A DNA stretch of 49,091 nt, taken from Candidatus Atribacteria bacterium. Lineage in GTDB: Bacteria; Atribacterota; Atribacteria; Atribacterales; Caldatribacteriaceae. Below the pieces are notes generated by a model. That model did no database searches and was not told where the DNA came from. It saw nothing but the letters and a program-made list of their open reading frames with translations. Below, piece by piece: positions 8,537-18,291 of this stretch. How positions within the stretch are numbered: the stretch's first letter is position 1; each line of letters starts with the position of its first letter. The position numbers and the translations under genes are program-made. The stretch lies in contig DAOSVE010000002.1 in assembly GCA_035593465.1 (NCBI GenBank), forward strand, positions 1 to 49,091. The letters run 5' to 3'.

Positions 8537-10516
8537 TCATACCACTTCAGCACTCACAGGCGAGAGGAATTGACTCATATAGAGGTCATAATAAAAACCA
8601 CGCGCTGCTATGAGCTCCTCATGATTGCCTTGTTCCACAATTCGGCCCTGGTTCATAACCAGTATAGTGTCAGCATCACGTATGGTGGACAATCTATGGG
8701 CTATGACAAAACTGGTGCGGCCTTTCCTCAATTTGGCCATAGCCTTTTGAATAAGCATTTCAGTGCGGGTATCCACTGAACTGGTGGCTTCATCCAGTAT
8801 TAGTATCTTGGGGTCGGCTAAAAAGGCACGGGCTATGGTCAGAAGTTGTTTTTGCCCCTGAGATATGTTAGAAGCATCTTCAGTGAGCACAGTGTCGTAT
8901 CCCTGAGGCAAGGTTCTTACAAAATGGTCTACGTATGCCGCCTGAGCAGCTGCTATTATCTCTTCCTCAGCAGCTCCTTCCTTGCCGTAGGCAATGTTAT
9001 TTCTTATAGTGCCGTTGAATAGCCAGGTATCCTGTAACACCATACCAAAGATTTTACGCAGGTCATCTCTCCTCATATCCCGGATATCTACACCATCTAT
9101 GGTGATGCGTCCGCTGTCTATCTCATAAAAACGCATGAGTAGATTAACCAGAGTTGTTTTCCCCGCACCGGTAGGACCCACTATAGCCACAGTTTGTCCG
9201 GGATGGGCGTCCAGATTCATATCCTCTATTAAAGGAGTATCGGGACTGTAGCTGAAATACACGTGCTCAAACTTCACATGTCCCTTTACCTCTTCCAGCA
9301 CCACTGGATTATCAGTATCCGGTATTTCTTCTTCCTCATCCAGCAATTCAAACACCCGCTCTGCAGAAGCTACAGTAGATTGCAGGATATTTATGATGCT
9401 GGCAACCTGAACTACAGGTTGAGTGAATTGCCTGGAATACTGGATGAAAGCCTGCACACCACCTAAAGTGATGAGACCGGTAGCGACGCGTATTCCACCT
9501 ACAATGCATATTACCACATAATTTACGTTATTTAGGAAATTTACAGCCGGACGTATTATGCTGGATATAAATTGAGCTTTGAAGCTGGCTTCATAAACCC
9601 TTTCATTTTCTCTATCAAAACGCTCTTTGACTTTATCTTGCTGGTTAAATACTTCAATTACATTATGACCAGTGAATGACTCTTCTATATGACCGTTTAA
9701 AGTACCGGTACTATCCCACTGAGCTATAAAGTATTTTTGAGACCGTCTGATAACAAACATGGTGATCAGAAGAGATAGCGGTATGATAATAAGTGATATC
9801 CATGATAGAAGCGGACTTATGGAAAACATCATAATTAACACACCTACGACTACTGCTATCGCATGTACCACCTGGGTTATACTCTGCTGGAGGGTGTGAG
9901 CTATATTATCTACATCGTTGGTTACCCGGCTTAAGATATCGCCGTGAGAATGGTTGTCATAATATTTTAAAGGCAACCGAGCAAGTTTGCCATCTACATC
10001 CCGCCGCAGCCGGTATACAGTGTTCTGGGCTACACCAGCCATGGTATATTGCTGCAACCACTGAAAGAAGGCAGCCAGAAGATACACGACCAAAAGAATA
10101 ATTAGTATATGCAGCAAGGCATTAAAGTCTACACCCTTTCCTGGTGTCACATCCATTCCCGATATCATTTCTGCCAGCTGATCCTGTCCTTGGGCTTTTA
10201 ACTCAGTTATAGCCTGGTCTTTAGTCGTGCCAGCCGGTAGTTGCTTGCTTATTATCCCTTCAAATAGTTCATTGGTAGCTTCACCTATTATTTTTGGTGC
10301 TGAGATAGTGAATGTCACACTAAGAGCAGTAAATATTATCACCAGTAGTAGCGGCATAGCTTGAGGTTTGAGATAAGCTATAAGACGCTTAAGTGTTCCC
10401 TTGAAGTCTTTGGCTTTTTCTGCTGGCATCGCAGCAGCTCGCCCACCACCAAATCCACCAAGCCGTCTTGGGGGCTGAGCTTTCAAATTGTTATTTTCGT
10501 TATTATTTACACTCAT
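8537..10516 (-). CDS. ABC exporter half-transporter (TMD-NBD), consensus-site partner of a heterodimer
   Basis: Walker A GPTGAGKTT, Walker B ILILDEATS with canonical Glu, H-loop IAHRLST, but a degenerate signature ISQGQKQ. Start overlaps the stop of the upstream ABC gene by 4 nt. Confidence 0.9.
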   Translation of the reverse strand: MSVNNNENNNLKAQPPRRLGGFGGGRAAAMPAEKAKDFKGTLKRLIAYLKPQAMPLLLVIIFTALSVTFTISAPKIIGEATNELFEGIISKQLPAGTTKDQAITELKAQGQDQLAEMISGMDVTPGKGVDFNALLHILIILLVVYLLAAFFQWLQQYTMAGVAQNTVYRLRRDVDGKLARLPLKYYDNHSHGDILSRVTNDVDNIAHTLQQSITQVVHAIAVVVGVLIMMFSISPLLSWISLIIIPLSLLITMFVIRRSQKYFIAQWDSTGTLNGHIEESFTGHNVIEVFNQQDKVKERFDRENERVYEASFKAQFISSIIRPAVNFLNNVNYVVICIVGGIRVATGLITLGGVQAFIQYSRQFTQPVVQVASIINILQSTVASAERVFELLDEEEEIPDTDNPVVLEEVKGHVKFEHVYFSYSPDTPLIEDMNLDAHPGQTVAIVGPTGAGKTTLVNLLMRFYEIDSGRITIDGVDIRDMRRDDLRKIFGMVLQDTWLFNGTIRNNIAYGKEGAAEEEIIAAAQAAYVDHFVRTLPQGYDTVLTEDASNISQGQKQLLTIARAFLADPKILILDEATSSVDTRTEMLIQKAMAKLRKGRTSFVIAHRLSTIRDADTILVMNQGRIVEQGNHEELIAARGFYYDLYMSQFLSPVSAEVV

Positions 10517-12246
10517 GCTACTTCCTCCTCAGAAAGCTGGGAATATACTATGTCACGATATACTTCACAGGTTTCCATGAGCTGGGCGTGAGTACCGATT
10601 CCAGCTATAGTACCATCGTCATTCAAAGTAATAATTTGGTCAGCATCCATAATGGTACTTACCCGCTGAGCAACAATAATCACTGTAGAATGGACAGTCT
10701 CTTTTTTGAGTGCTAACCGCAACTGAGCATCGGTTTTAAAGTCTAAAGCAGAAAAACTATCATCAAACACGTATATCTCTGGTTTTTTAACCAGCGCTCG
10801 AGCAATAGCCAACCTCTGGCGTTGTCCTCCGGAAAAGTTAACTCCTCCCTGTTCCACCGGGGCATAAAGTTGACCAGGTATCTCCATTACGAAATCTTTG
10901 GCCTGGGCTACTTCTAATGCATGCCAGAGTTCTTCATCGGTAGCATTCTCATTACCATAGCGCAGATTGTCAGCTATGGTTCCACTGAAAAGAAAAGCCT
11001 TCTGAGGTACGAGCCCTATTCGGTCTCTTAAATCTCGCAAGTGCATGTCACGTATATCTACGCCATCTATTTTTATACTGCCTCCGGTTATATCATAAAA
11101 GCGAGGTATCAGATTCACTAAAGTACTCTTTCCACATCCTGTGCTCCCGATTATGGCCGTTGTCTTTCCTGGTACTGCTATAAATGATATATCCCGGAGC
11201 ACTGACTCTTCTGCTCCTGGGTAGCTAAACTCCACATTATAAAACTCTACAGTTCCTATTGATTTGCGAGGCTCTACTGGTGTAGTAGGGTCCTTTATCG
11301 AAGGTTTGGTATTGAGCACTTCTTGTACCCGTTCAGCTGATGCCTCAACCCTGGGCACCATTACAAACATACTCATAGCTAACATTATTGATATCATTAT
11401 CTCCATAATATATGTCAAGAAGGCAGTTAGGTTTCCTATGGGCATAGCTCCACTGTCTATTCTGTAGCCACCAAACCATATTATAGCGACAGTAGACATA
11501 TTCATAATAATTATAAGTGACGGTATAGCTAGGGCTATAATACGATTTACTCTTAATGTGGTAGTGGTAAGGTCGCGGTTAGTCTCATCAAAACGTTTAG
11601 CTTCGTAATCATTTCTTACAAATGCTCTTATAACTCTAACACCCATAAGTTTCTCACGCATAATTTGATTTACTCGGTCTATTTTTATTTGGATAGAACG
11701 AAAAAGAGGTGTGGCTTTTGATAGAATAATCCATACTGCTACAGCCATAACAGGTATTATAACGATTATGGAAGAAGATAACACCACATCTTGACGTAGG
11801 GCCATTATAACACCACCTATACACATAAGAGGAGCCATAACCATAAGGTTTAAGCCCAAAAGCACTAACATCTGCATCTGTTGTACATCATTGGTATTAC
11901 GGGTGATTAGCGATGGCGTACCGAATTTATCAAGGTCAGCTTGCGAGAAACTCTCCACTTTGTGAAATATAGCTCTTCTCATATCTCGCCCAAAACTCAT
12001 AGATATCTTAGAGCTAAAATAGGAAGAAGCTATAGCACAGGCTGCCAGAAGTAACGTTACAACCAGCATAAAACTACCAGTCTTTAAAATATATCTGATA
12101 TCGCCTTTAGCTACCCCATTGTTGATGATGTCAGCATTCAGATTGGGTAAATAAAGGTTAGACATAACCTGCAACAACAATAATACTACAGTGAGAGTAA
12201 CCTGCTTCCAGTAAGGCTTTAAAAATTTTACCAGTAAATCTTTCAT
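10513..12246 (-). CDS. ABC exporter half-transporter (TMD-NBD), degenerate-site partner of a heterodimer
   Basis: Walker A GSTGCGKST and signature FSGGQRQR. Walker B is IYVFDDSFS (Asp replaces the catalytic Glu) and the H-loop is VAQRVST (Gln replaces His). Confidence 0.9.
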   Translation of the reverse strand: MKDLLVKFLKPYWKQVTLTVVLLLLQVMSNLYLPNLNADIINNGVAKGDIRYILKTGSFMLVVTLLLAACAIASSYFSSKISMSFGRDMRRAIFHKVESFSQADLDKFGTPSLITRNTNDVQQMQMLVLLGLNLMVMAPLMCIGGVIMALRQDVVLSSSIIVIIPVMAVAVWIILSKATPLFRSIQIKIDRVNQIMREKLMGVRVIRAFVRNDYEAKRFDETNRDLTTTTLRVNRIIALAIPSLIIIMNMSTVAIIWFGGYRIDSGAMPIGNLTAFLTYIMEIMISIMLAMSMFVMVPRVEASAERVQEVLNTKPSIKDPTTPVEPRKSIGTVEFYNVEFSYPGAEESVLRDISFIAVPGKTTAIIGSTGCGKSTLVNLIPRFYDITGGSIKIDGVDIRDMHLRDLRDRIGLVPQKAFLFSGTIADNLRYGNENATDEELWHALEVAQAKDFVMEIPGQLYAPVEQGGVNFSGGQRQRLAIARALVKKPEIYVFDDSFSALDFKTDAQLRLALKKETVHSTVIIVAQRVSTIMDADQIITLNDDGTIAGIGTHAQLMETCEVYRDIVYSQLSEEEVA

Positions 12247-12268
12247 ATAAATGCATTCCCTTTCATTG

Positions 12269-12769
12269 TTAGAGTTTACGTTCTATATTAGAGTTTATAA
12301 TATCCAACAAACGCATGAGATTACGTTGCTCATCATGGCTTAGGTTCTCTAAGCTGGTATTTATAATCTCGGCTAAAATGCTATTCAACACATTTAATGT
12401 ATCTACCCCGGCATTAGTTAGGTAAGTATGACTCAAACGCTGGTCACGCTCATCCTCTTTACGTATTACTAATCCTGCTTTTTCTAACTTTTGAAGCATA
12501 AGAGTTACAGTAGGGGGTGCTACGTGCATTTTTTCGGCCAGGTCTCGTTGACTGATACCTGAATTTTGGTTGATAAACCACAGGCACACGGCTTGCCCGG
12601 GATAAATGCCCTTCTCCGAGGTTAGCTTGAATAAAAGCTGACTATGGAAACGCATAAATTTAGAAAGAGACTGAAACGCTTGAAGGGAAATGGGGTCTAT
12701 TCCTTCTAAGTTCAAAAAATTTACCTTACTTGATTCTTTATTCAGCAATAAATAAAACCTCTTCTCCAC
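12269..12769 (-). CDS. MarR-family transcriptional regulator
   Basis: Winged HTH ISQRDLAEKMHVAPPTVTLMLQKLEKAGLVIRKEDERDQR. First gene of the marR-ABC-ABC operon. Confidence 0.85.
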   Translation of the reverse strand: MEKRFYLLLNKESSKVNFLNLEGIDPISLQAFQSLSKFMRFHSQLLFKLTSEKGIYPGQAVCLWFINQNSGISQRDLAEKMHVAPPTVTLMLQKLEKAGLVIRKEDERDQRLSHTYLTNAGVDTLNVLNSILAEIINTSLENLSHDEQRNLMRLLDIINSNIERKL

Positions 12770-12784
12770 AAGTAAAACATTTAA

Positions 12785-12826
12785 CTAACTAAAGGTTAGC
12801 AAGCAAACTAACTGATAGCTATTATA
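12785..12826 (-). promoter_or_regulatory. Candidate marR promoter -10 and CTAAC/GTTAG operator half-sites
   Basis: Minus-strand TATAAT at 12826-12821. Downstream lie CTAAC-N5-GTTAG (12785-12799) and GTTAG-N8-CTAAC (12795-12812), between the -10 and the marR start. Confidence 0.35.
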
Positions 12827-12945
12827 CTACTAATTTTTCTCCTATCAATTAGGCTGGTAAAAAGAATAATAAAAGGGAGTAACTCTTTATAATCCCTTCA
12901 AAAAGGCAGGCAGTCTACGACGTAAACTTTAAAGGCAAAAGAGAT

Positions 12946-13092
12946 AAGAACAATAAGGGGGTAAATCCCCTTATAACCCCCAAAAAGCAAAAGAAAAAAT
13001 GAAAACTTAAAAAGCAAATAAACAAATACTACTGGTGGAAAAAGCTCCACCAGTACGCTGGGGGAAATCGTCCCAGCGTGCCTACGGCGTAA
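12946..13092 (+). repeat. Hairpin-rich repeat element, copy A (related to 18292-18432 in inverted orientation)
   Basis: Shares ATAAGGGG-loop-CCCCTTATAACCCCCAAAAAGCAAATAAACAAA...CTGGTGG..CCACCAGTAYGCTGG with copy B. Copy A has a ~24 nt internal duplication. It ends directly against the MgtC stop. Confidence 0.5.
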
Positions 13093-13094
13093 TA

Positions 13095-13730
13095 TTACTC
13101 CCACCTTACTGTTTGTATATCAGGAAAGCTCTGAACTTTTTGCAGCAAAGAAGAAAGATCTACATGAGGAGGAGCAGTTACTTTGAAAGAGATTTCTACT
13201 TCCTCTCCTGATATTTCTAACTTTATATCTACTATGTTTACTTCGTAATTTCCTAAAGCGCTTCCAATATCTCCAATGAGTCCTGGCCTATTTTTGGCTT
13301 TCACGGTAAGCAATCTTCCTGTTCCGTGTTTTAGAATTTTAGCTTCAAAAGAGCGGAGGAAAACCAAAACACCATAGGCAAGAAGAGTAGTAACTATAGC
13401 GGCAAAATATTCTCCTACCCCTATAGCAATTCCTACTCCGGCCATAAGCCACATTGCTATCGCAGTGGTAATACCTCGTAGTGCTGTTCCTTCTCGAAGT
13501 ACTACTATTGCTCCTAAAACTCCCATACTAGAAACTATCTGAGCTGCTATTCTTCCTGGGTCTGAACCGGGTAGAGTAACGGAAATGATGGTTATGAGAG
13601 TAGCCCCCAGACAGGTCAGGACATAAGTTCTAAGCCCGGCGGGTTTATTTACTATTTCTCTTTCCCACCCTATAATTCCTCCCAGAGCCATGGCTAAAAG
13701 TAACTTAAAAAGAATCTTTAAGTACTCCAT
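13095..13730 (-). CDS. MgtC/SapB family membrane protein with C-terminal ACT-like domain
   Basis: LALGGIIGWEREIVNKPAGLRTYVLTCLGATL family signature, with about 4-5 TM segments. Confidence 0.85.
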   Translation of the reverse strand: MEYLKILFKLLLAMALGGIIGWEREIVNKPAGLRTYVLTCLGATLITIISVTLPGSDPGRIAAQIVSSMGVLGAIVVLREGTALRGITTAIAMWLMAGVGIAIGVGEYFAAIVTTLLAYGVLVFLRSFEAKILKHGTGRLLTVKAKNRPGLIGDIGSALGNYEVNIVDIKLEISGEEVEISFKVTAPPHVDLSSLLQKVQSFPDIQTVRWE

Positions 13731-13762
13731 TTATTTTTATTATCCCCGGTTGTTAATGACCG

Positions 13763-15091
13763 CTAAGATAAAGCATAATCAATATATTCTTCTAAAAGTC
13801 CTGCTTTCCCCAGAAGGTCAAGGATGGTTACTCTTTTTCTTACGAAACGGGAAAAAAGCAAAGCTTCTCTAATCGTTTTTTCTGAAAAACCTAATTCCTT
13901 TAGAGTTTGATGGGCTTGAGCTCTTCGCAACAGAGAAGCCGGGTCAGGAATAACTGATAGTTTGTCCTGTAACTGCTGCGACAAAAAAGAAGGGTCGACT
14001 ATTTTTATTTCTTCTCTGTCCCATTTCAGCTTTTCTTGAACATCTTTTTCTAGGAAAGGAAACAGGGGACCAAAATGGAGTTTTAGCTCTTCTTCCTGGT
14101 TTTTAGAAGAGCAGTTTTTGCTTTTCTTCCAGTCTATTTCTTCTAGTTCTTGCGAGAAACGGTCATACATTTTCTTAATAATGACCGTTGCTCCTCCTAC
14201 TCTCAGGCCATGAAGAGAAGGGTCTGTTTTCCGATGTAGAGCCATCATCTCCAGATAATGGGCAACTAAGTGTTCTGCACCAGAGGCAGGGCGAGAATCT
14301 CCCACCATGACTATAGTGAAACCGGAATTAAGAAGGGCTACCGCCAGAGCATAAATGGCTTCTTCCTTTCTTTCTCCTATTTCTTCTGCTTTTTCTTTTA
14401 ATATTTCTAAAGTTCCTTTTACCAGTTCCCAGGTATATTCACAGAAATATTCTCCCTGTAAAGTGTTCCTCATTGCCCAGTCGGCGTTGGCAATGATTTT
14501 ACCCACCAGGTCGGAAAAACCAGACTGGATTAAAGAAAGAGGAGCTTGAGATAAAACTTCTAGGTCCATAAAGATAGCGCAAGGAGGAGCGGCGTCGTAG
14601 GTTGTTTTATACCCCCCGACTAACATAGAAGCTCCTGAGGAGGAATATCCATCCATAGAAGGAGCCGTAGCTACCACAGCATAGGGAATTTGTACCCGGT
14701 GAGCTACAAATTTAGCTAAATCATTTATTACTCCTGAGCCTACTGCTAATATAAAATCAGGTTCGTGGAAAAGAAAAGAACCGATACGTTCTCGAGCTTT
14801 TTCATCGGGTTCCAAATACTTTAGTTCAGGAGGTTTTTCCAGTAAGATAGGTATAACTTCAAAAGAGGCTTTTTTTAAAATTCTTTCCGTCTCCCTTCCC
14901 GCTGCTTCGTAAGTATTACTATCAAAAACAAGAAGGAGCTTTTTTCCTAAATTAAGTTCTGATAGTGTTTGAGGGATGCGAGGTAACACTTCCTTTCCCA
15001 GTATAGTTTTTTTAGTCGGGATATGATGAATTTTCCCGCATTTACAAGGGAAAGAAGTGGCTTCAGAAAAAAAGAAAAGTTTCTCGGACAT
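13763..15091 (-). CDS. sn-glycerol-1-phosphate dehydrogenase-like (AraM/EgsA branch of iron-type alcohol dehydrogenases)
   Basis: AVGSGVINDLAKF, TAPSMDGYSSSGAS, GFSDLVGK...ADW and SRPASGAEHLVAHYLEM align with the AraM/G1PDH pattern as I recall it. Confidence 0.75.
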   Translation of the reverse strand: MSEKLFFFSEATSFPCKCGKIHHIPTKKTILGKEVLPRIPQTLSELNLGKKLLLVFDSNTYEAAGRETERILKKASFEVIPILLEKPPELKYLEPDEKARERIGSFLFHEPDFILAVGSGVINDLAKFVAHRVQIPYAVVATAPSMDGYSSSGASMLVGGYKTTYDAAPPCAIFMDLEVLSQAPLSLIQSGFSDLVGKIIANADWAMRNTLQGEYFCEYTWELVKGTLEILKEKAEEIGERKEEAIYALAVALLNSGFTIVMVGDSRPASGAEHLVAHYLEMMALHRKTDPSLHGLRVGGATVIIKKMYDRFSQELEEIDWKKSKNCSSKNQEEELKLHFGPLFPFLEKDVQEKLKWDREEIKIVDPSFLSQQLQDKLSVIPDPASLLRRAQAHQTLKELGFSEKTIREALLFSRFVRKRVTILDLLGKAGLLEEYIDYALS

Positions 15092-15102
15092 TTTTTCTCT
15101 CC

Positions 15103-15885
15103 TTACTTGAGATAGTTGTTTATTTCTTCTAAAGAGGTAAAAATGAAATCTGGCTGCCAGGGGGAATTTTTTATATCTTCTTCTTTTGTCTCCCCGGTGA
15201 GAACTAAAATAGTGGTGATTCCTGCTTTTTTCCCCATGGCAATGTCAGTGTAAAGACGGTCTCCAATGATGGCTACTTCTTCCTTTTTAGTTCCAGTCTT
15301 TTGCAGGATATATTCTATCATTTCTGGATAAGGTTTACCAAATACTTTGGGAGATTGGCCAGTAGAAGCTTCTATAGCTTTTATGAAAGACCCGGCATCT
15401 ATTACCGGTCCTTCTTCAGTAGGGCAGTTTAAGTCGGGGTGGGTGGCAAAAAAAGGGATTCCTTTTCTTATGAATTGACAGGCCCGGTTTATTTTTTGAT
15501 AAGTCAGGTCAGTGTCGAATCCTAAAACCACAAAATCAGGGTCTTTTTGCACCAGGATGAAGTTGGCCTGCAAAAACTCAATGGCCAGTTCCTGAGTACC
15601 CAGGAGATATACTCGAGAATGGGGGTTCATTTGAGAGAGGTAAAAAATAGTGGCCTGGGAAGAGGTAATTATTTTATGGGAAGGGAAATCCTGCAGCCCC
15701 ATTTTTCTTAATTTCTGAGCATAAAAAGCAGAACTGTGAGAAGAGTTATTAGTTAAGAAGCAAAAATCCTTACCCTGTTCAGAAATGGTTTGTAAAAATT
15801 CTCTGGCACCGGGAAGAAGATGTTCTCCTAAATAAAAGGTGCCATCCATATCTAAGATTAAAAAACGAATAGCAGAAAATTTCAT
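15103..15885 (-). CDS. HAD-IIA family sugar phosphatase (NagD/AraL-like)
   Basis: LILDMDGTFYLG, FLTNNSS, GDRLYTDI. ATG 15885 lies 7 nt after GGGGAGGA; the ORF-track start 15906 adds 7 codons. Confidence 0.85.
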   Translation of the reverse strand: MKFSAIRFLILDMDGTFYLGEHLLPGAREFLQTISEQGKDFCFLTNNSSHSSAFYAQKLRKMGLQDFPSHKIITSSQATIFYLSQMNPHSRVYLLGTQELAIEFLQANFILVQKDPDFVVLGFDTDLTYQKINRACQFIRKGIPFFATHPDLNCPTEEGPVIDAGSFIKAIEASTGQSPKVFGKPYPEMIEYILQKTGTKKEEVAIIGDRLYTDIAMGKKAGITTILVLTGETKEEDIKNSPWQPDFIFTSLEEINNYLK

Positions 15886-16051
15886 AAAATTCCTCCCCAT
15901 TATCATCTTTAATGAGTATAATAGATAAAGGGTGAACTGAAAACAAGGTATTAGAGTTCAAACACAAAAATGAAAAAGAGATGTGTTATTTTTATAACAC
16001 TACTGGACTCCAAAATTCAACAATTTAAAAACTAAACATGGAGGTAAATAA

Positions 16052-17179
16052 ATGATTCGAATAGGAGTAGATAAGCTTAAATCAGGGATGATAGTGGGTT
16101 ACCCGATAATGAGAGAAGATGGAGTGGTTTTTGTCAAAGACGGCGTAGTTCTGAATGATACTTTGATAAATAGACTGAAGAAATTAGGTTTCGAGAGTAT
16201 TTACATTAGAGATTCTCGTTTTCCTGATATAGACCTGGAGGAAGTCATTTCTCATGACCTCCGCCAGCAAGCTTTGATGACCTTAAATGAGACTTTTTAT
16301 CAGGTGATAAAGGGGAAGGAAGTTTCTATAGAACCGGTAAAAGAGCTGGTAGATGGAATTATAGAAGAAATTTTAAGTTCTAAAAAGTCGGTGGTAAGTT
16401 TGGTTCAGCTTCGTCAACATGATGATTCAGTTTTTGCTCATTCAGTTAATGTGGCTGCTCTTTCTGCTTTTGTCGGTAAATTTCTCGGTTTTTCTCACTC
16501 TCAGCTAAAAATGCTTGCTCTGGGTTCTGTTATGCACGACTTAGGTAAGATTAAGGTGCCGGTTGAGATTTTGAATAAACCTGATAAACTCTCTCCCAAA
16601 GAATGGGAGTTAATTAAAAAACATTCTTCATGGTCGGCAGAATTAATAACAGAAAAGATGCCCGAAGAAAGAGAAAGTATCAATATTGCCCTTCAGCACC
16701 ATGAAAGGATGGATGGAAGTGGTTATCCTTATGGTTTGAAAGGAGAAGATATCCATTTTTTATCTCGAATCTGTGCCTGTGCTGATGTTTATGATGCTCT
16801 GACTGTAGACCGTCCTTATAGAAAAAGATTTTCCTACGCTGAAGCTTTAGAATACCTGATGGGTAACTCTCACAGTCTCTTTGATTTACAGGTAGTTACA
16901 GCTATGGTTAGACACATTGCTCCTTATCCAGTAGGAGAAGTGGTGAAGCTAACCAGTGGAGAAACTGCGGTAGTAGTAAAGTTAAACGAAGGCTTACCCA
17001 TCCGTCCTGTAGTGCGAGTTATAAAAGATAAAGAGGGAAATATAGTTGGTAAACCTCGAGATATAGATTTAATGAAAGAGCTAACTGTAGCTATCCTCTG
17101 TAGTGGTGATGAAACTCCGGAGGATTTTTATTCTTCCAGTGATGTTTCTTGTTTTAAGGAAATGGGTTTTATCGATTAA
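16052..17179 (+). CDS. HD-GYP domain protein (probable cyclic-di-GMP phosphodiesterase)
   Basis: HDLGKIKVP...HHERMDGSGYPYGL motifs, with an uncharacterized N-terminal sensor-like region. Confidence 0.87.
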   Translation: MIRIGVDKLKSGMIVGYPIMREDGVVFVKDGVVLNDTLINRLKKLGFESIYIRDSRFPDIDLEEVISHDLRQQALMTLNETFYQVIKGKEVSIEPVKELVDGIIEEILSSKKSVVSLVQLRQHDDSVFAHSVNVAALSAFVGKFLGFSHSQLKMLALGSVMHDLGKIKVPVEILNKPDKLSPKEWELIKKHSSWSAELITEKMPEERESINIALQHHERMDGSGYPYGLKGEDIHFLSRICACADVYDALTVDRPYRKRFSYAEALEYLMGNSHSLFDLQVVTAMVRHIAPYPVGEVVKLTSGETAVVVKLNEGLPIRPVVRVIKDKEGNIVGKPRDIDLMKELTVAILCSGDETPEDFYSSSDVSCFKEMGFID

Positions 17180-18027
17180 TTCCTGATAAAATTACTTCCA
17201 TCGCAAGGAAGGTCATTCCATATTCCCATTCCCTCCCGACAGGAAGAAAAGGGAAGGGAAAAAGAGTGAATGATAGTTCTTGCTTCCTCTAACAGTTTTA
17301 TTCTTCGGTTATCTTCTAAATAAAGGCTGTTCCCTCTTTTTTTGGTATACCAGTTCTCAGTTTTTTGTAAGGAGGGAAAAGCGGTAGTTATCCTTTTCCA
17401 GGAATCGGGTCGAGGTTTGAAAGTAGAAACCATTACTTGGTTTATATAGGGAGAAAGAAGGGACAATATTTCTTTCCAATCTTCAGTTTTATCATTAATT
17501 TCAGGAATGAGAGGATCAATCCTCAGTATAGTGGGGATGCCAGCTTGGTGAAGCTCAATTAAAGCCCGGGCTCGCTCTTGAGGAGATGGAGCTCCCTCTT
17601 CTAAAAGAGAAGTAATATGAGAGTTAAAAGTGGTAATGGTGATACTCACTGCCGCTTTCATAGTTTTTAAGATATCTATGTCCCGGATGACCAGTGTTGA
17701 TTTAGTAAGGATAAGGATAGGAACCCCTTTTTTCTGACATAATTTGAGAATCTCTCGAGTGAGTTTTCGCTTTTCTTCCTCCGGAGGATAGGGGTCAGAA
17801 GAATTAGAAAGAGAGAGATATCGGGAAGGGTCTATTTCTTCCAGGTCTTTTTCTACTTTTTTTAAGATGCCGGGCTTTTCTCGCACCTCGAAAGCCCGGG
17901 GAATAAAAGAAGTGGTATAACAATAAAGGCAGTGATGAGCACAACCGGTGTAAGGATTGAGAGTATATTTGGGTGGACAGCTACACCACTTTCCCTGCCA
18001 GGGGTCGAAAGGCTTAATTATTCGCAT
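17176..18027 (-). CDS. Radical SAM protein, COG1533 (SplB/DNA-photolyase-like) family
   Basis: CAHHCLYC CxxxCxxC cluster near the N-terminus, in the YTLNPYTGCAHHCLYCY context typical of this family. Its stop shares a TTAA with the convergent HD-GYP stop. Confidence 0.8.
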   Translation of the reverse strand: MRIIKPFDPWQGKWCSCPPKYTLNPYTGCAHHCLYCYTTSFIPRAFEVREKPGILKKVEKDLEEIDPSRYLSLSNSSDPYPPEEEKRKLTREILKLCQKKGVPILILTKSTLVIRDIDILKTMKAAVSITITTFNSHITSLLEEGAPSPQERARALIELHQAGIPTILRIDPLIPEINDKTEDWKEILSLLSPYINQVMVSTFKPRPDSWKRITTAFPSLQKTENWYTKKRGNSLYLEDNRRIKLLEEARTIIHSFSLPFSSCREGMGIWNDLPCDGSNFIRN

Positions 18028-18242
18028 TGAATTTCTCCTGCTATTCTATATTATAATATAAGTGGAAAAAAGTTTAAATCTCTTTTTTTCCTCCAATTTT
18101 TTATTCTATCAGAGAGGTTATAACTTAGGTTAGTTTTATTTTGACCTTCTGGGTTAATTATAGTATTCCGTAAAACTGATTAAAATGTTAAAAACTTTAA
18201 AAAGTAAATTATATCGAAAATCAAAAACTCAAGGTCGCTGTG

Positions 18243-18271
18243 CATAGAGAAAGACTTTGTCTTTCTCTATG
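18243..18271. terminator. Perfect 13 bp hairpin flanked by T/A runs
   Basis: CATAGAGAAAGAC-TTT-GTCTTTCTCTATG, followed on the plus strand by GCCTTTATTTCTTTTGTTTTTT. Confidence 0.4.
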
Positions 18272-18291
18272 GCCTTTATTTCTTTTGTTTT

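Noticed and set aside
12898-13104. The 68 aa minus-strand ORF in the repeat element.
   Set aside because: It is a hydrophobic, low-complexity translation of a hairpin-rich repeat. It overlaps the MgtC 3' end and has no SD.
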